NCBI GenBank assembly: GCA_028704015.1
Contig: JAQVLT010000004.1
Coordinates: 6,052-70,051, forward strand
DNA from: Patescibacteria group bacterium
GTDB lineage: Bacteria; Patescibacteriota; Patescibacteriia; Patescibacteriales; JAQVLT01
Direction of reading: 5' to 3'
Length of the DNA: 64,000 nucleotides
Made by a program: the position numbers and the translations under genes. This document shows positions 48,649-58,735 of this stretch, piece after piece (positions within the stretch are counted from its first letter, which is position 1; every line of letters begins with the position of its first letter). The notes below the pieces were generated by a model. That model saw only the letters and a program-made list of their open reading frames with translations. It was not told the origin of the DNA and did not search any database.

Positions 48649-48936
48649 ATGAAAAAAGATATTCATCCAAAATATTACAATGACGCAAAAGTATCATGCG
48701 CTTGCGGAAATACTTTTACAACCGGCTCAACAATGCCTGAAATCAAAACAGAGCTTTGTTCAGCTTGCCATCCTTTCTATACAGGTAAGCAGAAATTAGT
48801 AGATACTGCCAGACGTGTGGAAAAATTCCAAGCGAAAATGGAAGCGCAAAAATCAACTGCCAAAACAAGAACCGGCAAGAAGATTAAACGCGCTGCTCGA
48901 GCTACGAAAAAAGCTGCAAAAAAAGACGAAAAATAG
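48649..48936 (+). CDS. rpmE: 50S ribosomal protein L31 (Zn-ribbon type, with Lys-rich C-terminal tail)
   Basis: [10 protein letters not shown] start and CxCG...CSACH Cys pairs. Confidence 0.85.
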   Translation: MKKDIHPKYYNDAKVSCACGNTFTTGSTMPEIKTELCSACHPFYTGKQKLVDTARRVEKFQAKMEAQKSTAKTRTGKKIKRAARATKKAAKKDEK

Positions 48937-49014
48937 CTTTAAAAAAACAATTGCCTTTGTTTGTGTTATAATTGATTTAGGGCAATTGTTTTTTTATTTA
49001 CTAAACTAAAAAAT

Positions 49015-50061
49015 ATGTACGATGATATTAAAGAAAAATTTAAAAATTTGGAAGACAAGCTAAGCAATCCGGAAATTGTTAATAACCCCGAAAAATTAAA
49101 ATCCGTTTCCCGAGAACATGCCAACCTCAAAGAATTAATTGAGATGATTTTGAATTTGGAAAAAACAGAAAAAAATATCAAAGAAAACGAGGAAGTAATC
49201 GCCAAGGAAAACGACAGTGAGATAAAAACGATGGCGAGCGAAGAAATAATCCAGCTAAAAAATCAGGCGGAAAATTTAAAAAACAAAATTGAAGAAGAAC
49301 TGCATCCTGCCGATCCAAATGACAAAAAAAATGTAATTGTAGAAATTCGCGCCGGCACCGGCGGCGACGAATCCGCGCTTTTTACCGCCGAACTCTTTCG
49401 TCTTTATTCCCGCTTTGCCGAAAGAATGGGCTGGAAAATTAATATCTATAATTCCAGCCGGATTGGCATAGGAGGTTTCAAAGAAGTAATATTTTCCGTA
49501 GAAGGAAAAAACGTATATGGGAGTTTAAAATTTGAAGCTGGAACACATCGCGTTCAACGTGTGCCGGAAACTGAAAAAGCCGGACGTATTCATACTTCCG
49601 CAGTAACCGTAGCTGTATTACCCGAAGCCGAAGAAGTTGAGCTGGAAATCAAGCCGCAAGATATTAGAATTGATACCTACGCCGCCTCCGGACCGGGCGG
49701 ACAATGCGTAAACACCACTAATTCCGCGGTGCGCATTACGCATTTGCCCACAGGCGTCGTGGTTCAATGCCAAGACCAAAAAGATCAACATCAAAACAAA
49801 GCCAAAGCAATGTTAATTCTTCGCTCTAGAATTCTCCAAAAATTAGAAGAGGAAAAAAACGCCAAAGAATCTGCGGAAAGAAAATCGCAAATCGGCTCCG
49901 GCGACCGCAGTGAAAAAATTAGAACCTACAACTTCCCGCAAGATAGAATTACCGATCATCGCATAAAAATGAATTGGCATTCTATTGAAAGAGTAATGGA
50001 CGGCGATATTGGAGAAATTATTGAAGAACTAAAAAAAGCAGAAAAAGCTTTAAGAAAATAA
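49015..50061 (+). CDS. prfA: Peptide chain release factor 1
   Basis: GGQ motif ([11 protein letters not shown]), a PET tripeptide at the RF1 PxT position ([16 protein letters not shown]), and synteny with prmC. Confidence 0.85.
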   Translation: MYDDIKEKFKNLEDKLSNPEIVNNPEKLKSVSREHANLKELIEMILNLEKTEKNIKENEEVIAKENDSEIKTMASEEIIQLKNQAENLKNKIEEELHPADPNDKKNVIVEIRAGTGGDESALFTAELFRLYSRFAERMGWKINIYNSSRIGIGGFKEVIFSVEGKNVYGSLKFEAGTHRVQRVPETEKAGRIHTSAVTVAVLPEAEEVELEIKPQDIRIDTYAASGPGGQCVNTTNSAVRITHLPTGVVVQCQDQKDQHQNKAKAMLILRSRILQKLEEEKNAKESAERKSQIGSGDRSEKIRTYNFPQDRITDHRIKMNWHSIERVMDGDIGEIIEELKKAEKALRK

Positions 50062-50070
50062 GCTTATTTT

Positions 50071-50967
50071 ATGACTGCAAAAGAAACATTAATTAATGCT
50101 GTTCTAAAATTAAATAATACCAAAATAAAAAATCCGCACTATGAAGCGGAAATTTTATTATCGCACATTTTAAATAAACCAAGAGAATATATTTTGACTC
50201 ATTCGGAAAAAAAATTATCGCTAAAACAAATTTCCAAATTTAACCGATTAGTCAAAAAACGAAGTAAGGGCGAGCCAACCGCCTATTTAATCGGTTATAA
50301 ATATTTTTACGGTAACAAATATTTAGTAAACAAAAATGTTTTGATACCGCGTCCGGAAACTGAATTATTAATTGACGAAACTGCACATCTCGCTTCTCAT
50401 ATCTCGCGTCGCTTAAATCTTATTGATATTGGCACGGGCTCAGGTAATATTATTATTTCATTAGCGAAAAAATTTAGTTCCGGGCACCCGAAAATAAGTT
50501 TCAATTTCTTTGGTCTAGATATCTCTCTGAATGCTTTAAGGATCGCAAAACAAAACGCTAAATTAAACAAAGTCCAAAATAAAATAAAATTTATCCAAGG
50601 CAATTTATTAAAACCAATTCTTGATAATCCTAAATATCTTAACAATTCTAAAAATCCTAACGATCTTATAATTATCGCTAACCTTCCCTATTTGACACCT
50701 GAACAAATTAAAAAATCTGCTTCAATAAAATACGAACCAAAATTAGCTTTACAGGCCGGAAGTGATGGTCTTAAATATTATTACAAACTATTCCAACAAA
50801 TTAAAAAATTACAATCTTTATATGCTGTGCGTTATATTTTATGTGAAATAGATCCTGGGCAAAATACTAAAATAAAAAAACTGATTAAAAAAGAATTACC
50901 GCACGCAAAATTAAAAATAAAAAAAGACCTCGCGGGTCTAAACCGATTAGTTATATTAGAATTTTAA
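50071..50967 (+). CDS. prmC: Release factor glutamine N5-methyltransferase PrmC/HemK
   Basis: IDIGTGSGNI motif I and an NLPY variant of the NPPY substrate motif. Confidence 0.8.
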   Translation: MTAKETLINAVLKLNNTKIKNPHYEAEILLSHILNKPREYILTHSEKKLSLKQISKFNRLVKKRSKGEPTAYLIGYKYFYGNKYLVNKNVLIPRPETELLIDETAHLASHISRRLNLIDIGTGSGNIIISLAKKFSSGHPKISFNFFGLDISLNALRIAKQNAKLNKVQNKIKFIQGNLLKPILDNPKYLNNSKNPNDLIIIANLPYLTPEQIKKSASIKYEPKLALQAGSDGLKYYYKLFQQIKKLQSLYAVRYILCEIDPGQNTKIKKLIKKELPHAKLKIKKDLAGLNRLVILEF

Positions 50968-52019
50968 AATTCAACCGCAGCCAAAGTATCTGCTACTTCA
51001 ATCCATGTTGCTCCGGCATTAAACTCAAATTCTTCGCCGGTATTTTTGTAATATCGGGTGCGGCTGGAAACCGAAGTTTTTTCCCAAGTGCCATTTTGAC
51101 AAACTCCATCAAGACAAACCATCACTTCGCCCTTTCCTATTGTCTCTAAATGCAATCTCAATTTTTCGTCAACTACCTCCGATTTAACTGCCTGAATAAT
51201 TAAATTTTTTGCTTCTACTGGCTTCTCAGTTAAATCGCTCCGCTCATAAACATTATTATCACTATTATACTCCCAATTGGCAGCATAGCCAGAATTATAT
51301 TTTACCGTTATTTTATTATTCAAATTTTGAGAATCTACTGGCGCTTCGTCTTTATATTTCCAGGAAAAAAATTCCTTGGCCATTGTTTTATTTTCCTCAA
51401 TTTTCTTTTTTATTAAAGCGGATGAGGTCAAGAGGTTGTGCGGCGCTTTTAGGCTTTTCTCTCGCCAAAAATAAGCCGTGTTATAATACTCGTCTAAATC
51501 GTTGACTTGATATTTTGTTATGAGAGCCAAAGCTTCTGGACTTCCACCGCAATGCAAAAATATCGCTCCGTATTCGTTAATCCAATCAAGAAAATAAGGA
51601 CGGGCGCTTCTAATCGGACCAATTTTTTCTACATCTTTGTCTTCGCTAAAAATTGCTAAAAATCTGGTAGTCACTCCCTCCACCTCAGCTTCATATACGA
51701 GACTGGCTTTATCCAGGCCGTAAAGAGGCCTAGCGGTAGGAAAATTATCAATGACAGCTGCATAAAGTACGGGGTTTGTTTCCTCGCTTATTATGCCGTC
51801 AATCATTCTGCGAACGCAATTTTCACAGATATCTTTTTTCTCTTGAATTTCTGTTGCATTGCTTATATTATCATTTTGAAAAAAATTATAAAATTTTGAT
51901 AAATAAACACCGCCGCCAGCAATTACAATGATAAACAAAAAAATGGAAATATAACAAAATAATTTCCATTTTCTCGTGGAATAATTAATAATTTTATTTT
52001 TGAGCACGTCTTTATTCAT
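50964..52019 (-). CDS. DUF3048 (YerB-like) family protein, membrane-anchored
   Basis: EAEVEGVTTRFLAIF and IRSARPYF resemble DUF3048 motifs. Start set at MNKDVLKN (GGAGGG SD), so the gene does not overlap rplY. The longer start at 52154 is possible. Confidence 0.5.
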   Translation of the reverse strand: MNKDVLKNKIINYSTRKWKLFCYISIFLFIIVIAGGGVYLSKFYNFFQNDNISNATEIQEKKDICENCVRRMIDGIISEETNPVLYAAVIDNFPTARPLYGLDKASLVYEAEVEGVTTRFLAIFSEDKDVEKIGPIRSARPYFLDWINEYGAIFLHCGGSPEALALITKYQVNDLDEYYNTAYFWREKSLKAPHNLLTSSALIKKKIEENKTMAKEFFSWKYKDEAPVDSQNLNNKITVKYNSGYAANWEYNSDNNVYERSDLTEKPVEAKNLIIQAVKSEVVDEKLRLHLETIGKGEVMVCLDGVCQNGTWEKTSVSSRTRYYKNTGEEFEFNAGATWIEVADTLAAVEF

Positions 52020-52038
52020 TCCCTCCAATTTATCTAAA

Positions 52039-52716
52039 CTATTTTTTCGCGGCTGGAGTTTTTTCTTCGGATTTTCCACCGGCTTTTTCTTCCACGTTTT
52101 CGCTACCCCCTGCCGTTGCTTCAGCAGCTGGAGCTTCAACTTTTGTTTCCTCAATCTCTTGCTCTACGATATTAGCCACGATGTCATCAATATTATGGTG
52201 CAAAACCTTCAAGCCAGTCGGTATGTTTAAATTACTAATTTTAATGATATCCTCCTGAGTATTCAAAGAAGAAATATCAACATTAATATGGTCTATCAAA
52301 TCGCCCGGCAAACATTCAACCTCCAAATTATCGATGTTTTTTACTAAAATTAATCCTAAATCTTTAACAGCCTTTGATTCGCCTGTAAAATGTAACGGTA
52401 TTTCAGTCGTAATCGTCTTGGTCATATCAATCTGATAAAAATCTGCATGAGTAAGATTATTTTTAATAACATCTCTTTGAACATCTTTAATAATAATTTT
52501 TACCGGAGCGTCTTGATCTATCTTTAACTCTACTAAATTAGACACGCCCGCTTCCTTGTATATTTTTTCAAAATCAAGTTTTTTTATTTTTAAATGTCGA
52601 TTTTTCGCTCCCGGACCATACAAAACTGCGGGTAGATAATCTTTTTTATCAACCTTTTGCAATTTCCCTTCTTTTTCTTGTCTCGCCTCTGCGCTCAATG
52701 AAATATTCTTTGCCAT
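52039..52716 (-). CDS. rplY: 50S ribosomal protein L25 / general stress protein Ctc
   Basis: An N-terminal L25 beta-barrel (LPAVLYG...) plus a Ctc-type C-terminal extension. Confidence 0.8.
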   Translation of the reverse strand: MAKNISLSAEARQEKEGKLQKVDKKDYLPAVLYGPGAKNRHLKIKKLDFEKIYKEAGVSNLVELKIDQDAPVKIIIKDVQRDVIKNNLTHADFYQIDMTKTITTEIPLHFTGESKAVKDLGLILVKNIDNLEVECLPGDLIDHINVDISSLNTQEDIIKISNLNIPTGLKVLHHNIDDIVANIVEQEIEETKVEAPAAEATAGGSENVEEKAGGKSEEKTPAAKK

Positions 52717-52781
52717 ATTTTATTAATTAATAACTATTGGCCGAAAAACCAATAGTTATTTATTCTATATTAATTAATTAA

Positions 52782-53888
52782 TTAATAATTTACTCTTGAT
52801 CTAATTATTACGCTTTCAACTATCCCCAAAAGGATAAAATTTGAAATAATTGAACTGCCACCATAGCTTAGAAATGGCAATGAAATGCCTACGACAGGCA
52901 AGATCCCCAGGTTCATACCAATATTAATAAACATTTCCAGAAAAATCAAGCCCAAAAAGCTAATTATAAAAAAAATGCCAAAATCATTATTGATTCTCTT
53001 GATATTAATTATTATTCTATAAAAAATAAGTGAAAAAAAGAAAAAGACAAGTAACACGCCAAAAAGCCCTAATTCCTCAGCAACTACAGCAAAAATAAAG
53101 TCATTTTGGGCTTCGGGAAGAAATTTTAACTGCGACTGCGATCCAAATCCCAATCCCCTGCCCGTTAAACCGCCGGAGCCAACCGCAATCATGGCTTGTG
53201 CTACGTTGTAATCCTGTTTTAAATTATTAAACACCGGGCTCACGAAACTTAATATTCTCTCTTTTTGATAATCTTTAAAACCGAATGACCATGCGGGTAT
53301 TAAAATCAAAACAAATAATAAAATAATTGCTAAAAAATATTTCTTTTTAAAACCGACTATCAAAAGCATCCCCAGCCAAATAGAAACTAATATTAAAGCC
53401 GAGCCAAAATCCGGCTGAAGCAAAACTAAAAAAACAAAAATTAAACTTAATAATCCGGAAAAAATTAATTGCTTAAGCGGCCTTATTTTAGCAGAACTGC
53501 TAGAAAAATATTTTGCTAAAAAAATAATTAAAATTATTTTTATAAATTCAACCGGCTGAAGATTAAATCCGCCCAAAGAAAACCAGCCTCGCGTTCCACG
53601 CACAGTATTACCGAAGATAAGTACACCTAAAAGCGCAAAAAATCCGATAAAAAATAAATATTTATTATTATTAGCCAGCCAGTGATAATCCAGGAATGCA
53701 AATGTAAAAAATAATAAAATCCCTAATAAAATAAAAAAAGCTTGCTTTTTAAAATTTATTAGGGTGATATTTTCCTGCCCCAACGCAATGCTATAAATCT
53801 CAACTAAACCTAATGCGGCTAACAAAATTGCGGAAAAAAACAATATCCAATCAAAATTTTTTATTTGTTTTATATTTCTATCAATCAT
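52782..53888 (-). CDS. SEDS-family peptidoglycan polymerase (FtsW/RodA)
   Basis: Ten TM segments and a conserved periplasmic loop GSGGLTGRGLGFG...FIFAVVAEELG. Confidence 0.8.
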   Translation of the reverse strand: MIDRNIKQIKNFDWILFFSAILLAALGLVEIYSIALGQENITLINFKKQAFFILLGILLFFTFAFLDYHWLANNNKYLFFIGFFALLGVLIFGNTVRGTRGWFSLGGFNLQPVEFIKIILIIFLAKYFSSSSAKIRPLKQLIFSGLLSLIFVFLVLLQPDFGSALILVSIWLGMLLIVGFKKKYFLAIILLFVLILIPAWSFGFKDYQKERILSFVSPVFNNLKQDYNVAQAMIAVGSGGLTGRGLGFGSQSQLKFLPEAQNDFIFAVVAEELGLFGVLLVFFFFSLIFYRIIINIKRINNDFGIFFIISFLGLIFLEMFINIGMNLGILPVVGISLPFLSYGGSSIISNFILLGIVESVIIRSRVNY

Positions 53889-53898
53889 TAATTATTCC

Positions 53899-54852
53899 TT
53901 ATTTCTCTTCGCCTACTCCGCCTTCAAATTTCATATAAATATCATCACGCGAAATATTGAGATCGGGATTAATTTGAATATTGCCGGCGTAACTGAAATT
54001 GCTCGGCCAATTAACGGTAATCTTCCTCGTTTCTCCAGATTTCAATTCGCTAACTATCAAACGGTCAACCCCGACTACAATATTACCGCTGGAAAGTATA
54101 ATGTTCAAAGGTAAAGCAACGTAATTATAGGCAGTTTTATTGTTAATTGTAAATTCTAAAATATTTATTCCCACGCCTTCCGATACCGTGCCTAACTTTG
54201 CCGAACCAAAGCTAATATTTTCAAATGATACATTTAAATGTTCGGAATAAAAATTATTCCAATCCGGTATTTGATGTTTATTTACTCTTTCCCATGAGAG
54301 TGATTTAAGAGTGAAAATAACACTATTTGCCGAATTCGGCTTGGCTAAAGCCATAATATATTTAGTTTCTTGAGGCAGGGCAAAATTATTTGCGCATTCA
54401 ATTTCTTCTTGGGGAGAAACAAAACAATATGAAAAATTAGCAATAAAATCTGGATTTGGATTTTCTAGTTTGACAAAATAATCATATTTACCGCTTCCAT
54501 TTCTTAAAACATTCACCGAAGATACAGCCAAATTTTGAGCAGCTAAGGATAAAAGATATTCATGACTAACTAATTTTGGCTCAGTAATATCTCTCAAAAG
54601 CCTTTCGTCTTCAATTACGCCTTTATACCAATAATAACCCAAGCCGTAGATACTATACCCCCAAGTTAACACTGAAAAAATAAGCAAAAAAATAATTATA
54701 CCCTTTTTTATTTTTTCCCGGTGTTCAATATACCAAAGGCCAGCTTCCAATTCTTTTGTTGATACGCCGCTAATATCTTTGTATCCCTCTACTTTTTTTT
54801 CTATATCATTTAATTCATTTTCCGCCCCCTTATTGTTCTCCTTGTTTTCCAT
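53899..54852 (-). CDS. Hypothetical membrane-anchored protein (one TM, large extracytoplasmic domain)
   Basis: Co-oriented with, and immediately upstream of, the SEDS gene. Confidence 0.5.
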   Translation of the reverse strand: MENKENNKGAENELNDIEKKVEGYKDISGVSTKELEAGLWYIEHREKIKKGIIIFLLIFSVLTWGYSIYGLGYYWYKGVIEDERLLRDITEPKLVSHEYLLSLAAQNLAVSSVNVLRNGSGKYDYFVKLENPNPDFIANFSYCFVSPQEEIECANNFALPQETKYIMALAKPNSANSVIFTLKSLSWERVNKHQIPDWNNFYSEHLNVSFENISFGSAKLGTVSEGVGINILEFTINNKTAYNYVALPLNIILSSGNIVVGVDRLIVSELKSGETRKITVNWPSNFSYAGNIQINPDLNISRDDIYMKFEGGVGEEK

Positions 54853-55027
54853 ATTTATATATTCAAAAATTATAATTATATTTTAACATATTTTTTACTT
54901 TAAAAAAAGGTATGAATTTATGTACATTTTTCCCTTGTCAATTACTTAACAATTTGCTAAAATATGATTACTTATAGCCTTGGGTATCGGGCTAAATTTT
55001 AATTTATAAACATAATATAAATATTGT

Positions 55028-57076
55028 ATGGTTGCTAAAAAAATAACTAATAATAAAGAAAAAAAATCAGATTACTACGGCGCTGAATCAATCACCGTTC
55101 TTGAAGGTCTGGATCCGGTACGCAAAAGACCGGGCATGTACATCGGCTCAACTTCCAGCACCGGACTTCACCATTTAATTTGGGAAGTTGTTGATAACAG
55201 TATTGACGAAGCAATGGCCGGTCATGCGAACGAAGTCAGTGTTGCTTTGCTTCCTGATGGCATGGTTGAAGTGATTGATAATGGCCGCGGTATTCCTGTC
55301 GAAAGGCATAAAGTAACAGGTTTGTCTGCCCTGGAAACCGTTTTGACCAAATTGCACGCGGGTGGAAAATTTGGTGGCGAAGGAAGCGGCTATAAAGTAT
55401 CCGGAGGTCTGCATGGCGTCGGCGTTTCAGTTGTTAATGCTCTGAGCGAATATCTGCGCGCCGAAGTGCATCGTGATGGCAAAATCTGGATGCAAGAATA
55501 TAAATATGGCAAACCGATAAAAAAAATTAAACCAATCGGCAGTTCAAAAAGAACCGGCACGACAATAATTTTTAAGCCTGATTCCACAATTTTTACTGAA
55601 CTAGAATTTAGCTGGGGAAAAATATTAGATCGTATCCGCCAACAAGCTTATCTCACCAAAGGCATAACGATGATAGTAAAAGACAATCGCAACGATCACC
55701 GGGAAAAAAATTATAAATTTCATTTTGAAGGCGGAATAAAATCATACATCAAAGCGATTAACCAAAATAAAACCGTAAAAAATGAAACTATTTTTTATGT
55801 TGAAAAGGAAATTGCCGATTCAAAAGTTGAAATCGCCCTGCAATACAATGACGAATTTAACGAAATAGTTCTACCTTTTGCTAATAACATCCATAATCCC
55901 GAAGGCGGTACGCATATAGTCGGTTTTAGAACATCTCTGACTAGAACTCTGAATTCGTACGCCAGAAACCACAATTTGCTAAAAGAAAAAGATGAAAATT
56001 TAACCGGTGATGATGTTAGAGAAGGTCTCAATGCTATCGTTAGTGTTAAACTAACCGATCCGCAATTTGAGGGCCAAACTAAAGGAAAATTGGGAAACGC
56101 GGAAATGAAAACTTACGTTGAACAAATTTTTGGCGATGCTTTTCAAATATTTTTAGAAGAACACCCAAGAGAAGCTGAGGCAATAATTGGCAAGTGCGTG
56201 TTATCAGCACAAGCAAGAATCGCGGCGAGAACTGCCCGAGCTACGATTCTACGCAAAGGCGCATTGGAAGGAATGACTCTACCGGGAAAACTTGCTGATT
56301 GCTCCAGCCGTAAGGCCGAGGAATGCGAACTATTTATCGTTGAGGGTGATTCGGCCGGCGGCTCAGCCAAACAAGGAAGGGACAGAAAATTCCAAGCAAT
56401 ATTACCGTTACGCGGTAAAATTCTAAACGTAGAAAGAGCCAGACTTGATAAAATGCTAGCAAATAATGAAGTAAAAAATTTAGTAATCGCTTTGGGTACA
56501 AATATTGATGAGCAATTTGATCTGGAAAAACTTCGCTATCACCGAATTATTATTATGACCGATGCTGATGTTGACGGCGCGCATATTCGCACTCTTCTTT
56601 TAACTTTATTTTTTAGACATTTTAACCCGCTAGTACTAAACGGAAATCTTTACATCGCACAACCGCCTCTTTACCAAATCAAAAAAGGAACTACCGCGCG
56701 ATGGGCATTTTCTGACGAAGAAAAATTAAAAATAGTTAAAGAATTTGGCGGCGATTCGGCAGAGATTGAAGAAGTAAAAGAAAATGACGAAGAAGAAAAT
56801 AAAACCGAAGTTGAAGAAGCAATTGCGGAAATAGCGGAAGCTAAAAAAACATCTACAAAAATTAATATTCAACGCTACAAAGGTCTCGGCGAAATGAACC
56901 CAGAACAACTTTGGGAAACAACTATGAACCCGGAAACACGTATTATGCAACAAGTTACGGTTGAAGACGCAGCTTTGGCTGACAAAGTATTTGATATGCT
57001 GATGGGCGGAGATGTCGCGCCCCGCAAGCACTTTATCCAGACGCATGCCAAAAAAGTTGAAAATCTAGATATATAA
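55028..57076 (+). CDS. gyrB: DNA gyrase subunit B (type IIA topoisomerase B subunit)
   Basis: GHKL ATPase motifs (EVVDNSIDE and GLHGVGVSVVNALS), TOPRIM EGDSAGGSAKQGRDR and PLRGKILNVE. It could be ParE, and 682 aa is short. Confidence 0.8.
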   Translation: MVAKKITNNKEKKSDYYGAESITVLEGLDPVRKRPGMYIGSTSSTGLHHLIWEVVDNSIDEAMAGHANEVSVALLPDGMVEVIDNGRGIPVERHKVTGLSALETVLTKLHAGGKFGGEGSGYKVSGGLHGVGVSVVNALSEYLRAEVHRDGKIWMQEYKYGKPIKKIKPIGSSKRTGTTIIFKPDSTIFTELEFSWGKILDRIRQQAYLTKGITMIVKDNRNDHREKNYKFHFEGGIKSYIKAINQNKTVKNETIFYVEKEIADSKVEIALQYNDEFNEIVLPFANNIHNPEGGTHIVGFRTSLTRTLNSYARNHNLLKEKDENLTGDDVREGLNAIVSVKLTDPQFEGQTKGKLGNAEMKTYVEQIFGDAFQIFLEEHPREAEAIIGKCVLSAQARIAARTARATILRKGALEGMTLPGKLADCSSRKAEECELFIVEGDSAGGSAKQGRDRKFQAILPLRGKILNVERARLDKMLANNEVKNLVIALGTNIDEQFDLEKLRYHRIIIMTDADVDGAHIRTLLLTLFFRHFNPLVLNGNLYIAQPPLYQIKKGTTARWAFSDEEKLKIVKEFGGDSAEIEEVKENDEEENKTEVEEAIAEIAEAKKTSTKINIQRYKGLGEMNPEQLWETTMNPETRIMQQVTVEDAALADKVFDMLMGGDVAPRKHFIQTHAKKVENLDI

Positions 57077-57131
57077 AAAAATTAATTAAATAAAAATATC
57101 CCAAAAAGTCGGGATATTTTTATTTTTATAA

Positions 57132-58721
57132 TTATATTAAACTTTCTCCTGTCATTTCCTTCGGTTGCTCCAAATTTAAAATTTTTAAAATTGTAGGGGA
57201 AATATCCGCCAATGCTCCTTCTGGCTCCAAAAGACTTAAATCATGCCCCGGAGCTTCTTCAAAACCGATATTTTTCCCTTCAAATTCTTTACTGACAATA
57301 ATAAACGGCACCGGACTATTGCTGTGGCCTTTCTCATAAACCTCTGTCTGCATATTTAACATTGATTCCGCATTTCCATGGTCAGATGTAATAATTATTG
57401 TTCCATTTTTAATTAAAACTAAATTTACTAATTTCTCCAAACATTTATCCAGACATTCAATGGCTTTAATTACCGCCTTTACGTCTCCGGCATGCGCCAC
57501 CATATCGGGATTTGCATAATTAACCGCGATAAAATCGTAATAATTCTTTTCTATCTGTTTAAGTAACTCCTCGGTAATTTTTAATGCGGACATCTCTGGC
57601 TTTAAATCGTAGCTAGATACAATCGGTGAAGGAACTAATATGTCGTCCTCGCCAGCAAACTTTTTGTCCTCCCCGCCATTAAAAAAATAAGTGACATGGG
57701 CATATTTTTCCGTCTCGGCAATATGCAATTGTTTCAAACCCGCGTTAGCAATAACCTCGCTGATTGAATTTTTAAAATACTCGGGAGGAAAAGCAACACT
57801 GACCGCCAAATCTTTTTCATACTCCGTAAAACTGATAAAAAATAAATTTTTAAAAATTTTTGAACTTTTTACTTTGTCGGGAAACAAAAATGCTTTAGTT
57901 AATTGCCTGGCGCGATCGGGACGAAAATTGAAAAAAATTACCGAATCATTATCACCTACCTTGGTTATACTTTCTCCATACTTTGCAGCTACCAATGAAG
58001 AAATTTCTTCGTCATAAATTTTGTTTTGATAGCACTGGCTGATAGCGTCATTAATATTTTCAACTTTTTTACCTTCACCATTAACAATAGCTTCATAAAC
58101 CATAGCCGTTCGCTCCCAGTGATTATCGCGATCCATGGCATAAAATCTTCCGGAAACCGTTGCAATTATACCGATTCCAATTTTTTCCAACTCATCTTTT
58201 ATCTTATTAATTAATTCCAATCCTCTTTGATTATTAATATCCAAACCGTCAAGAAACAAATGGAGATAAACTTCTTTGATTTTGTTTGTTTTCGCCAGTT
58301 TCAACAAAGCAAACAAATGCTCGGTAGAAGCATGCTTATTAGCATCGGAAATTAACCCCAGAAGATGCAAATTTGAGTTATTCTCTTTAACATTTTTTAT
58401 CGCGCTTTTTAAAACCGGATTCCTAAAAAAACTTTTATCTTTGATAGATTTATTTATTCGTAATAAATCTTCAGTAACTATCCTGCCCAAGCCGATATTC
58501 ATATGACCTACCTCGCTATTACCTGGCTGACTATCCGGCAATCCCACGGCACTACCGGCTGCTTTTAGCGTAGCGGCAGGATAATTAGCAATTAACTTAT
58601 TAAAAAACGGCGTTTCCGCCTGAGTAATTGCATTACCGCTATAATTTTGCTTCACTCCCCATCCGTCTAAAATAATCAGAAGCAAAGGTTTGGGGGGCAA
58701 AATATTTAAATCTTTATCCAT
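57132..58721 (-). CDS. gpmI: 2,3-bisphosphoglycerate-independent phosphoglycerate mutase (copy 1)
   Basis: ILDGWG, GHMNIGLGR (Ser nucleophile region) and SDHGN metal-binding motifs; 529 aa. Confidence 0.85.
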   Translation of the reverse strand: MDKDLNILPPKPLLLIILDGWGVKQNYSGNAITQAETPFFNKLIANYPAATLKAAGSAVGLPDSQPGNSEVGHMNIGLGRIVTEDLLRINKSIKDKSFFRNPVLKSAIKNVKENNSNLHLLGLISDANKHASTEHLFALLKLAKTNKIKEVYLHLFLDGLDINNQRGLELINKIKDELEKIGIGIIATVSGRFYAMDRDNHWERTAMVYEAIVNGEGKKVENINDAISQCYQNKIYDEEISSLVAAKYGESITKVGDNDSVIFFNFRPDRARQLTKAFLFPDKVKSSKIFKNLFFISFTEYEKDLAVSVAFPPEYFKNSISEVIANAGLKQLHIAETEKYAHVTYFFNGGEDKKFAGEDDILVPSPIVSSYDLKPEMSALKITEELLKQIEKNYYDFIAVNYANPDMVAHAGDVKAVIKAIECLDKCLEKLVNLVLIKNGTIIITSDHGNAESMLNMQTEVYEKGHSNSPVPFIIVSKEFEGKNIGFEEAPGHDLSLLEPEGALADISPTILKILNLEQPKEMTGESLI

Positions 58722-58735
58722 AAAAAAATAATAAA

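Noticed and set aside
52020-52154. Longer start (M at 52154) for the DUF3048 gene
   Set aside because: It would overlap the 3' 115 nt of rplY/ctc on the same strand in another frame. The internal Met at 52019 has a GGAGGG SD and begins just after the rplY stop. The longer form cannot be excluded.
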